Assembly (NCBI GenBank): GCA_013416795.1
Contig: RQSC01000025.1
Location: 252,137 to 316,136 of the forward strand
DNA: 64,000 nucleotides
Reading direction: 5' to 3'
From: Prasinococcaceae sp. CCMP 1430
Lineage: Eukaryota; Plantae; Prasinodermophyta
The notes under the pieces are model-generated. The model was not told the origin of the DNA. It saw nothing but the letters and a program-made list of their open reading frames with translations, and did no database searches. Shown piece after piece: positions 1 to 9,817 of this stretch. Each line of letters starts with the position of its first letter. The first letter of the stretch is position 1. A program made the position numbers and the translations under genes.

Positions 1-434
1 CCGAAGGGCGTCGGCTGCGACTGTCGCGCGGCGGGCGCGGCAGCGGCGAGGGCAACGTCGGCGCGCTCGCGCGCGCGGCTGACATACCTCCCCGGCGTGC
101 GCGCGGCAGGCGACGGCGGCGCCGCGCGAGGGCGGTGTGGCGGCGGGCGGACGGCTGCGACCGTCGCGGCTGCGGTGCGCCCGTGCACGCGCGCTGTGGC
201 GCGCGCGCGTCCGAACTCGAACTGCGCATGCCCGGCGTTGGGTTTTGTGTTTTCTTTCTGTCAGGGTTTAGCATTTTGATGTGAAATCCATATTAGAATA
301 ATCCGCTTGCGCGTTGACCTGGGCGGTTGCGGGCGCCGTGCACGGCCAGCAGGTCAAAATGGGTGGAAAGAGCGCCCGTCTGCGCGCAGTCCGCTCCGAA
401 GCGCGCTCGAAACGCGCTCCGCGATGCCATTTTT

Positions 435-923
435 TTAATTCCGAACAATGTGCGTTACGTCGCGGGCCCGCGCGCCGAAAGCGGAGCACCATTGCAGAAT
501 GCTTTCCCGTGGGTTGGCCCGCGTGTCGCGCGCGCCTCGCGCGGGCGGCGCGCGGAGTATGAAGCCCAGCAACAGCTCGTGCGCGGGCTGGGCCCGCGAC
601 ACGAGCGTGTCGCGCTCATGTGCCGTCGTCTGCGCGCGGGCGAGCGCGGCTGCGGCCTCCGCGCGAGCCTCAGCAGCATGCGCACTGCAGGTCTCCTTGG
701 CCTCCTCGGCCAAGGAGGCCTGCCGCCTGGCCTCTGCACTGGTGTCCAGCGCCGCGCCGACCCTTGCCTCCCAGCGCGTCGCGGCATCCAGCGCGTCGCG
801 GCATCGAGCGCGCTCCAGCTCCAGCTCGCGCTGCAGGGCGGCCGAGGTGGCGCGCTCTGCCAGCAGATCCGAGCGGAGCTGCCGGCAGAGCGCGGCAAGC
901 TTGCGGCTCTCGAGCATGGCCAT
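435..923 (-). CDS. Hypothetical coiled-coil protein
   Basis: From ATG 923 the ORF reads MAMLESRKLAALCRQLRSDLLAERATSAALQRELELERARCRD..., a protein-like heptad A/E/R/L composition. No domain recognised. It conflicts with the possible 5' end of the divergent Kelch gene. Confidence 0.4.
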   Translation of the reverse strand: MAMLESRKLAALCRQLRSDLLAERATSAALQRELELERARCRDALDAATRWEARVGAALDTSAEARRQASLAEEAKETCSAHAAEARAEAAAALARAQTTAHERDTLVSRAQPAHELLLGFILRAPPARGARDTRANPRESILQWCSAFGARARDVTHIVRN

Positions 924-1071
924 CGTTGCAATGCGATGCGCTGCAACGACGGCCACGCCGAACCTCCTCGAGGCCTCTTGCCAGCCGAGCAAGAGGGCCT
1001 CGAGGAGGTTCTGCGCGGCGGCGGCAACCGCCGCCGCGCTCGAAGAGCCCGGGCCCGCGCCGGCGCCTTCA

Positions 1072-1139
1072 CCCGCGTCGCCGCCAGCGCCCGCGTCGCC
1101 GCCAGCGCCCGCATCGCCGCCAGCGCCCGCATCGCCGCC
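1072..1139 (+). repeat. 18-bp tandem repeat, ~3.8 copies (CCCGC(G/A)TCGCCGCCAGCG)
   Basis: Units start at 1072, 1090, 1108 and 1126. One frame encodes a PASPPA linker. Confidence 0.9.
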
Positions 1140-1231
1140 GCCCCGCGCCCGCGTGCGCCGCCGAGGCTGCGGCGCTGGGAGCGCCGCCTGCGGCGCTCAA
1201 CGCGCCCGCCTGCTGCGTGCTCGGGCGCGAG

Positions 1232-2908
1232 ATGCTCGTCTTTGGCGGCAACGAGGCCCACGGACCAGGCGGCGGCGGCGAAGGCGGCGAAGGCGCTGCC
1301 GCGCTCAGCGACAGGCTGTACGCGCTCGACATCTCGCGGATCCACCTCGGGGAGGCGGCGTGGATCGCCGACGCGTGCATCACGTACGAGGGGCGCTTCC
1401 CCGCACATGAGGGCGACGAGGACGCAGGCGGCGGCGATGCGGCCGGGGGGGCGGCGACTACCGCGGCGCCGCCGCTGCACCGAGTGCAGGAGGCCGACCA
1501 GGAGATCGAGAGGTGGGACGGTCACAACGGCACGCTCGCAGGGGCGGGGCCTCGCGGGCGCTGGGGCGCGACGCTCACCGCCGTGTCAGCCAGCGAGGCC
1601 GTACTGGTGGGTGGGTTTGGCCCGGGGTTCACGTGTCACGACGTGTGGCGTCTGCGCCGCGTGGGGCGCGGCGCGTATGCGTGGGCAAGAGTGCGTGTGC
1701 TGCAGCGTCACGAGGGCGTCGCGCGTCTCGGGCAGCGCCGTGCCTTCCACGCGGCAGCCGCGCTGCCCGGGCGCAGGCTGCTGATATCAGGCGGGCTCGC
1801 TCTCGGGGCAGACAAGGACTCGGGCCACTCGCTTTGCGTGCTCAACCTCGCCAAGCCGCTGCCGCAGTTCGAGGGTCTTGAGCTCGACGACGCGGACGAA
1901 GCAAGCCGCAGCGGCGACGGAATCCGCGGTGGCGACAGCGACGCAGAGGATGTCGTCGCCACGATTTGCGCGGGCCTGGCGGGCACGAACGTTGGCAGCG
2001 GTGGCGGCACCCACGGGGGTGCACTGTCCTCGGAGGACTTGCGGCGCGTGCCTGCGGCTGGCGTGCCGGACGCGCATGAGGTCTACAGGGGCGGTCACGC
2101 GCTCGCAGTCGCCCCCAGGCGGGGCGCCAGTGAGGCGGCTTGGAAGCTCGATGCGCTGGTTCTTGGCGGATGCGTGCGCCTCACGACGAGCTTCGACGAG
2201 TGCTACGCTCAGCACGCGCTGTCATACGAGCTGCGTGGCACGCAGCACGAGGGCACGCAGAGCCTGGGCAGGCTCGCGGCGGAGGAGGAATGGGATTCGG
2301 ATGATGACGATGCGTACGACTACGATGATGAGTACGACTATGACGTCGATGGCGACGCAGACGACGCACCTACAGCGCGCGCGAAGGATGGCGATGAGAA
2401 TGCGGACCAGCCGTACGAGCTCGGCACGTGGCGCGCGATGCCGACAATGCTGCGCGACGTGTCGAGCGTCGTCGACGAGGATGCACGCATCCGCGCGTCG
2501 GCGATCGCACGCGCCCCTCCGCCGACGGCACGCCTGTTGATGGGAGGGAGCGCGCTGTGCGTCGGCGAGTCGGGCCTGGACCGGCGGTGCATGGTGTCCG
2601 CAACCATCGGCAGGCGCATGCTCATCTGGGGCGGGTCGGTGGGCCCTCACCATCAGGGGGGTGGCGCGAGGTGTGATCCCGCAAAAGTGACCTGCGTCGA
2701 GATCGACGCAGCCACTCGCAAGTCTCGAAGCGCCGGGATCTTCGAGGTCGATGCACCAGGCGCACCCGCTCTGCGCGAGGGTGCCGGCCACGCGTGGGAC
2801 GCAAGATCGGGCACACTCCTGGTGACAGGCGGCGCTCCGGTCGCATCCGAGTGCGAATTCATTGAGGTGCACGCGCTGCGTCCGGAGGCGTTGTGGGATC
2901 TGGTGTGA
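1232..2908 (+). CDS. Kelch-repeat (beta-propeller) protein
   Basis: Repeated Kelch motifs: MLVFGG; GRWGATLTAVSASEAVLVGGF...DVWRL; RAFHAAAALPGRRLLISGG; GRRMLIWGG; LLVTGG. Acidic D/Y insert. True start is probably upstream of 1232 (a Kelch blade begins ~1170), possibly ATG ~936 with a frameshift near 1140. Confidence 0.8.
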   Translation: MLVFGGNEAHGPGGGGEGGEGAAALSDRLYALDISRIHLGEAAWIADACITYEGRFPAHEGDEDAGGGDAAGGAATTAAPPLHRVQEADQEIERWDGHNGTLAGAGPRGRWGATLTAVSASEAVLVGGFGPGFTCHDVWRLRRVGRGAYAWARVRVLQRHEGVARLGQRRAFHAAAALPGRRLLISGGLALGADKDSGHSLCVLNLAKPLPQFEGLELDDADEASRSGDGIRGGDSDAEDVVATICAGLAGTNVGSGGGTHGGALSSEDLRRVPAAGVPDAHEVYRGGHALAVAPRRGASEAAWKLDALVLGGCVRLTTSFDECYAQHALSYELRGTQHEGTQSLGRLAAEEEWDSDDDDAYDYDDEYDYDVDGDADDAPTARAKDGDENADQPYELGTWRAMPTMLRDVSSVVDEDARIRASAIARAPPPTARLLMGGSALCVGESGLDRRCMVSATIGRRMLIWGGSVGPHHQGGGARCDPAKVTCVEIDAATRKSRSAGIFEVDAPGAPALREGAGHAWDARSGTLLVTGGAPVASECEFIEVHALRPEALWDLV

Positions 2909-3387
2909 CAGACATCCGCTGGCGCGAGTCTAGATTGTGCCTTGCCTTGCGCCTTTTTTTTTGCGCTTAAAAGCTGGCACGCCCATGTGGCGTGCCACAC
3001 GGTACTGCTGCAAAGGGTGCGATTACAGTGCAAGAAGACGCAGCTAAGGGTGCGATTACAGTATGGAAAGACGCAAGCGAGAGGTTGCGTAGCGCGCTAA
3101 GAAGTAAGGGCATGAGTGAAAGCTAGCTATCCGCCCGCAGCGCTGCCGCGAGAGCGGCGCCTGGGGCGGTCGTGTGTGTGCACGCCGCACGCGCGGAGCA
3201 CGCATGCCGACGATGAAATGTGCAGGCCGTCGGCAAGGACTCGAAGGACCTTGTCCGTTGGCCAGCAGCTTGAGTCCGCTGCCTCATCCCGGTTGGTGAA
3301 GAGGTGACGGATGACACCCATGGTGGACCTGTGCGCACGGCCCAGGGTGTCGAACGCCAGCGGGTGGAGCCAGGCGAGGGGGTGGCG

Positions 3388-3567
3388 TTCTGCAGCGGGA
3401 GAAGCATGCCCTCGCGGAAGTAGCGGACGACCGGTGAGTTCGGCTCGAACGGAGCGGTGGTGAGCCACGTGGCGAGGGCGGTGGCGGCGGAGGGCGCGAC
3501 CTCGAGCAGGAGCTGGATGAACTCGTTGCGCCAGCCCCACGCGTCCGCGGCCTTGCCGCGCTTGAGG
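3388..3567. repeat. 180-bp dispersed direct repeat of 4281-4460 (pre-RT segment)
   Basis: Both copies begin TTCTGCAGCGGGAGAAGCATGCCCTCGCG and end GGCCTTGCCGCGCTTGAGG, with only a few substitutions. Confidence 0.9.
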
Positions 3568-3569
3568 TG

Positions 3570-3887
3570 TTCGAAGGCGAGTAGGAGTCCCTTCACCGAA
3601 CAGTCGATGCCCTCATCGGAGTCAGGGGGAGGTGGCGGAGGCAGTGCAGGAGGGACCCGAAGGCGCATCCTTGGGTGGCGCCGCGAGACGAGATGACCCG
3701 TTCGTTGCTGGCGCTGCCAGCGACGAAGTTCGAAGGCGAGCAGGAGTTCCTCCGCCGAACAGTCGATGCCCTCATCGGAGTCAGGGGGAGGTGGCGGAGG
3801 CAGTGCAGGAGGGACCCGAAGGCGCATCCTTGGGTGGCGCCGCGAGACGAGATGACCCGTTCGTTGCTGGCGCTGCCAGCGACGAAG
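3570..3887. repeat. 159-bp tandem duplication of an RT segment
   Basis: 3570-3728 and 3729-3887 are near-identical; the distal ~133 bp appear identical. Confidence 0.9.
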
Positions 3888-5302
3888 AACGACGTCGGGC
3901 CGCCGTACAGGAGGCGCACGTAAGGCAAGAGCTCCGGCATGTCACGCTTGACCGCATCGAAAGTCTTGGTGCGGTGTGGAGTCTGGAACGCGTTGGCCGC
4001 ATCGGCAGTGTGAAGCACACGCGTAGACTCTGCGGGCGTGATGGCGTCGGCGTCCCTGAGGTCTCCGTTTTGGTCGAAGTACGCGTCCAGAAGAGCGGCT
4101 TGGACCATGTGGGCGACGGCAGAGCATCCATCGACTTCCATGCCGAGCTGGTGGCCTCCGGTGTCTTGGAAGAGCCGGCGCGCCTCGAAGATGGTCTGGC
4201 GTACGACGGTGGCGCTGAGGATGCGTCGAAAGATCGGCAGGATGCCCACAGGCCGGATGGATGTGGGGTCACCTGTCTGCTTCTGCAGCGGGAGAAGCAT
4301 GCCCTCGCGAAAGTAGCGGACGACCGGAGAGTTCGGTTCGAACGGAGCGGTGGAGAGCCACTTGGCGAGGGCGGTGGCGGCGGAGGGCGCGACCTCGAGC
4401 AGGAGCTGGATGAACTCGTTGCGCCAGCCCCAAGCGTCTGCGGCCTTGCCGCGCTTGAGGCCAAGCTTCCGCTCGTCCTCAAGGAGGCGGCTTGTCAGCT
4501 ACGGGAGTAGCCTCAGACCCCCTCCACCGCCGGTGCGCATGCTGAGCAAGTCGTCTTCTGCCTGCGGGTGAAGCTCGCGCAGCTTGTGCAGGACGGTTGG
4601 GTTGGAGGTGTCTGCCAGTGGCTGGGCCGTGAGGACCTTGAGCGCGCGGCCGGGTTGGGACGTGTGGACGAGGCGGTCGGCGCGGTCGGCCTCACTCTTG
4701 GTGACGTGGGGTGCGCCTGGGTCGCGTGCGGCGGCCAACTGTTGCGCCTCTGCCGCAGCGGTGGCGAGCTCGACGTGTGCTTCGTTGTGGAGCAGTTCCC
4801 AGTTGGCGGAGTCGTCGAGGAAGCGCCTGCAGCGGTCCTTGACGGTGGCTTCGATGAGCCGGGAGCGACCGTAGGGGGTGGAGCTCTGGGTGAGGTCCAG
4901 GCGCTCCTGCGACAGGCGGCCCAGCAGCATGCGTGGCAGCAGGTGAAGGAGCTTGGCGACCTCAGCGGGGTGGTCCTTGTAGAGGGCCAGTGCCAGATCC
5001 ACGCAATCCCCGAAGAGTGCCGCGGAGGGCTTGCTGGGGAGGTCCTCTAGAGTCATGCGGCCGCCCGGCGCCCGGAGGTGGTCGCTCGGGTCGAGTGTGC
5101 CCAGCCAGCGAATGCCAGCGTCCCAGTTGGACGCCCTGCGCGGGGGTGGGGGAGGCGCCGCACCGGGGTCGGCCGCCACCAGGCCGGCGGGAGGGTTGGA
5201 CCCGGCGTCGACGGCCTCATGGGCAGCCTCGTAGAAGGCGCAGCGCCTGGAACCCGCGTGCCCGCCCGTCGAGCGAGCCAGGGCCCGGAAGCACTTGTAG
5301 CA
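3729..5302 (-). pseudogene. Retroelement ORF remnant: CCHC-like finger + pre-RT region + N-terminal half of reverse transcriptase
   Basis: One frame from 5302: CYKC...GGH...RC; KRGKAADAWGWRNEF; IRPVGILPIFRRIL; HQLGMEVDGCSAVAH; ADAANAFQ; LLPYVRLLYGGPT; SSRGATQGCAFGSLL. This matches the CRE/SLACS RT signature. One in-frame TAG at 4499-4501. Truncated before the catalytic YxDD motif. Confidence 0.85.
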
Positions 5303-5319
5303 CTAGCACCTCGCACCAC

Positions 5320-6043
5320 AGAGCGCGGCTACTGCATGGCCTGGTGTCGTCGCTTCGGGCTTCAGTCGACGCTCGTCTCTCCGGACGCCCCACACGCTCC
5401 CTCGTGCCACTCTGCAGCAGGCATCAACGGCGCCCACGCCACGGTCTGCTTGTCGACAGCAGGGGAGCGCACCTACCGCCACAACCGCCTCGTGCGCAAC
5501 TTCGCGAAGGTCGCTCGTCGCACCGGCTACCACGTGCACACCAACGGCCCCAGCTCCACCAACTCGTTCGAGTACTCGTTCGGTACTGACGAAAATGGCC
5601 AGCCCACTGACCTGCGCTCGGACCTAGTCATCACCGACACCGACACAGGCTACAGACACTGCCTCGACGTCACCTTCACGGATCCGTCAGCCAAGGTCAA
5701 CATGGCAGGCGCGAACCCGTCCACGGCGGCAGGCCTGGAGCACCTCTACAAGGTCCACGTCCAGCGCTACGCGAAGATCTGCGAGCACCACCGCATCCAG
5801 TTCCACACGCTAGCGTTCGACACCCTGGGCCGTGCACACAGGTCCACCAGGGGGGACATCCGCCACCTCTTCACCAACCGGGTCACGCAGGCGGACCCAA
5901 GCCGCTGGCCGACGGGCAAGGTCTTTCGGGTCCTTGCCGACGGCCTGCACAGTTCATCGTCGGCATGCGTTCTCCGCGCGTGCGGCGTGCACACACACGA
6001 CCGCCCCAGGCGCCGCTCTCGCGGCAGCGCTGCGGGCGGATAG
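5320..6043 (+). pseudogene. 5'-truncated retroelement 3' end: zinc knuckle + restriction-like endonuclease (RLE)
   Basis: AWCRRFGL...PSCH..GAHATVC...RTYRHNRLV (knuckle with RH motif); RSDLVI...LDVTF...RYAKICE...FHTLAFDTLG (PD-(D/E)xK-like RLE). TAG at 6041-6043, then a 3' UTR. Confidence 0.85.
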
Positions 6044-6138
6044 CTAGCTTTCACTCATGCCCTTACTTCTTAGACACACGCGCGCTACGCAACCTCGCGC
6101 TTGCGTCTTCTCGTACTGTAATCGCACCCTTTGCAGCA

Positions 6139-7210
6139 CTGGTGGTGAGCGCCCATAGACTCCTTCTCAGCCTGGGTGAGCCGGCAGACCGGATGGTCGC
6201 GCCAGGCCGTGGCCAAGTCTGGCAGGAGGCGTGTGGGTACCGGGTCGCCCTTCTTCCAGCCTGCGGGCGGGGCGCCGACCGGCTCGCACTTGGCGGTCCA
6301 GTGGTCCCGGAGCTCCTTGGCAGATGCCTTGGTCTCGCGGCAGACCGGGCAGCGGCACGAGCCTGGGGGGCCGTGGGAGACGCGACCCGCCCCCTCGGGG
6401 GAGCGGGCCCTCGGGCCTCGCGGCAAAGCCCCTGGCTCGCAAGGCAGTCAGCAACGCTTCGAGCAGCAGCGCTGCAAGGACGTGCCGTCGGCTCTTCGCT
6501 GCTTACACATCGCTCCGAGGGGCCTTCGCGCCTGCATCGCGTCTGTCAACGGGGCGAGTGGACGCGCCGCCAAAGTGGTCGCGCTCGCCAAGTCCCAGCA
6601 GCGCAAGCTGCGCATGCACGTCCACCCTGACAGGCTCACCGCTGCTCGCAAGGAGGCGCTCGGCCACGACCTCTTCAACAAGATCGCCGACGTCAACTGC
6701 GTCCTCGATGCGGCTCTGCTCACCGTGGGCGACGGCAAGGCGGTGGTCGCCTACCTCGACTCCCTTCCCCCCGACCCCCGCACCTCCACCGCTGGCTGCG
6801 CGCCAGGGGCGGTTGAAGGCGTCGTCGTCGTGGGCTTCCCGCTCGGCACCAAGGACTTCGTGGCAGGGGCTCTCGAGAAGAAGGACGCGGTGTACTATCG
6901 CAAGCTCACCGCCTGCAACCAGTTCTCCGCGTGGGGGCACCACAGCGCAGCGCTCCTTGCTGCTGGGCCGCCTGTCGCAGGAGCGTCTGGACCTCACCCC
7001 GAGCTCCGCCCCCTACGGTCGCTCCGGCTCATCGAATCCACAGTCAAGGACCGCTGCAAGCGCTTCCCAGGGCGGATTCGGTATGCGCGCCCCTTCCACC
7101 GTTCGCCTGCCGGCGTGGGTTGGTGCGACCCGCGTGCACACCAACGGCCCCAGCTCCAACAACTCGTTCGAGACACTAGTACGCTGCTGCTAAGGGTGCG
7201 ATTACAGTGC
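6139..7210. pseudogene. Mosaic of retroelement fragments (zinc finger, J-domain-like, RT thumb, pre-RT, pre-RLE, terminus)
   Basis: Minus strand: CPVCRETKASAKELRDHWTAKC (~6285-6352). Plus strand: KLRMHVHPDRL (HPD at 6623-6631) and GVVVVGFPLGTKDFV (thumb, from ~6818). ~6960-7067 matches the reverse complement of ~4819-4928. 7133-7172 matches 5533-5572. Terminal motif at 7185-7210. Confidence 0.7.
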
Positions 7211-7246
7211 TAAACCTAGTACGAAATCGTCATGTCGCTGACTGCA

Positions 7247-9215
7247 TCACTCCTCATAGGAAAACATGCGCGCCTCCTTCTGTGCTGGGGTCAGCTTGGC
7301 ATCCTCCTCCTGCCGCTTGGCCGAACGCTCAAGTTGCGTCGCGATGGCCCCAGTGACGTCGTACGCGGGCGCCCGGTACGTCGGAACAACACGTGCGAGT
7401 CCCTCAATGGAGGTATCCACGGCCGTTGTGGGATAGTCAGCGAGCACGCCGTAGCGCGGGTCCTCGAGCACATTGACCTCAACCAGATCTCCCGCGCGCT
7501 CCAGCAGCCGTGCGCAGTCAGGGCTCAGATGCCGCAGGTGGACGCGCGCGCCAGTTGACTCCAGGCGCGCAGCAGCCTCGCTCACGGCGCTCAAGGCCGA
7601 AGAGTCCCACACGCGCGCGTCGGCGAAGTCCAACACGATTTCCTCGTCAGTGCGCGTGTTTCCTCCTGCACCATCACCATTGCCGTCAGTGAGTACACCA
7701 GCGGCCACGAGTGCGTCCTTGAACGCAGTCACCGATCCGAAGAAAACGGGACCGTGGATGGCGTAGACAGTGGCCGGACGCCCCTCGTACGCGGCCGGCT
7801 CAATCGTGCGCGTGGCAGTCACGCCCCTGGTGGCGGACTTCCACGAAAACCCGAGGGCCGACAGCACCACGCCAGCGAACACGGCCACTGCGAGGTTGGT
7901 GGCGTAGGTCACGCCGGTCACGAGCACCAGGACCGCCGCGTCTGTCTTAGGCACCTTCCTCAAATTCCGGACTGAGTCGAAATCAAAGATATCTCCCACG
8001 AGACACAGCATCGTTCCGGCCAGTGCGGCGAGGGGTACGGCGGCGATGACGCCGCTGCAAGCGCAGGTAAACGCGAACAGCGCGGCCGCGCACGTGAGCC
8101 CCGCAAGGCGCCGCCGCCCGCCCGACTGCACGTTGAGCGCGCTCTGTCCGATCATCGCACAGCCGCCCATGCCACCGGTGAAGCCTGTGGCGATCTGGGC
8201 CACGCCCTGCGCAACACATTCAGTGTGCGTCTCGGTTCGCGTCTCGGTTAGCTCGTCGACGACCTGCTGCGTGAGGAGCGTCTCGATGAGTCCGACTGCC
8301 GCCACTGCCGCCGCGTATGGGGCGATGAGCGCGAGCGTATCGAAGCTCAGAGGTACTTGGGGGAAGTGAAATGCGGGCAGCCCGCCAGCGATGGGGGCCA
8401 GGTCTCCGACCGTGCGCGTGGGGATGTCAAGTGCACCCACCAGGAGCGTGACGGCGCCAATCGCGACGAGAGGCGCGGGCACCGCCTTGGTCACGCGCGG
8501 CCAGATCTTGATAATTGCCATCGTGAGCGCCGTGAGCGCAAGCATTGTGTAAAGCGGCGCCCCGCTCAGCCACACGCCGCCCGATTTGAACTGCGCGAGC
8601 TGTGCCATACCGATAACGATGGCGAGGCTGCGTGCCGGCCATGCCGTGTGCAAGGCAGCGAGGCGCCGTCAGCACGTGGTGCCTGGGGCACATGCGGGGC
8701 TGGGAAGGCGGCCGCAGGGCGGGGCGCTGTTGCCGGCGCGCTCGAGCACACACCCGTTAACGAAGCCGCTCATGACGGGCGCGGGCACAAGCCGGATGAA
8801 CTTGCCCAGGCGCGCCACCCCTGCAACCACCTGCATGGCACCAGCGAGCACAACGGCGGCGAAGAGGTACTCGAGGCCGTGTGACGCCACGAGTGGGGCG
8901 AAAACGACGGCCGTAGCGCCCGCAGCGCCGCTGATGACCCCCGGTTGCGCACCAAGAAGTGCAGTGCACGCGCACATGACCGCGGCCGCGTGGAGCCCCA
9001 CGAGCGGAGGGACGCCCGCGACGAATGTGAACGCCAGCGCCTCTGGCACCATCGCCAGCGACACGGTCAGGCCCGCGAGCACCTGTGACGCCAGGCTCGG
9101 CCCGCGCTCGCCTGAGGGCGCAGCCGAGGCGTTGCCCGCGTCGCCCTCCGCCGGTGCCGCCACTGCTGCCGCGGCGCGCGCACCCCGCCGCCGACACCGC
9201 GAGCGCCACCGCCAT
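7247..9215 (-). CDS. SulP/SLC26 anion (sulfate/bicarbonate) transporter with C-terminal STAS domain
   Basis: [33 protein letters not shown]|[21 protein letters not shown] and STAS motif GPVFFGS...[18 protein letters not shown] intron at 8753-8628. Nearest ATG (9215) is out of frame, so the start is uncertain. Confidence 0.93.
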
Positions 9216-9817
9216 GGCTACAACGCGCGCGGGCCGCGCGCGGCGCGCGCGGGCTGTGGGGCCGCGCGCGCGCGTCCACGCGATATTGCGTGCGTGTGGC
9301 CCGAAACTCTCGGCCAGACCAGACGCCAATCGGACTTGTACAGTACACGCAGCATCCTGCAGCCATGCATGTTTTAAAATACTTCACGTGTCTTCCTCAC
9401 AGCTTTCATTAGTATTCTCAAGGTAATATCATAGATACCCACGGGATTGCACTTCTCTCGGCTCCATATGAAAACGCATACTTTGGCGAGGCGGAGAATG
9501 CCAGACGGCACGAACGCGCGTGGTTTTTGCAACGCACAGGCAGGCGCCACACGGTGAGCGTGTGTGGGACACAGGGGAGGGGAGGGAGGGGGCCGGTCAC
9601 CCGCCATCCTCTTTCCTCCCTTCCTTCACTCGCCTCGCGCGCGGCGTCCGTTTCTCGTGGGCGCGGCGTTCGCGCGAACGTGCGCGCGCGCGTGCGCGGC
9701 GCGCGCGCGCGCGCTGTGCGCATCGCGGGCGTGTAGGTGCAGGCGGCGACGGGCCGCCGCCGAAGGGGCGGGGCGCAAGCGGCGGCGCATGCTGCGGCGC
9801 ACAAGGGTGAGCAGGGG

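Larger units (their letters stand above)
3006..6138. repeat. Inverted repeat arms 3006-3362 and 5808-6138 (two element 3' ends)
   Basis: The arms are reverse complements, roughly 85-90% identical by eye. The outermost 24 nt (3006-3029 and 6115-6138) are identical. Confidence 0.9.
3006..7210. mobile_element. Nest of degenerate CRE-clade (RLE-type) non-LTR retrotransposon fragments
   Basis: Contains RT motifs, a zinc knuckle plus restriction-like endonuclease, an RT thumb fragment, zinc fingers and a shared 3' terminal motif. It lies between the convergent 3' ends of the Kelch (2908) and SulP (7247) genes. Confidence 0.85.

Noticed and set aside
88-229. Possible first exon of a minus-strand gene leaving the window (ATG 229, GTATGT donor at 87)
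   Set aside because: Transit-peptide-like composition only; no domain evidence inside the window.
3006-7223. DNA transposon (TIR element) or CRISPR-like array interpretation of the repeats
   Set aside because: No transposase or cas genes and no regular repeat-spacer period. The repeats are retroelement 3' ends. No clear TSD found.
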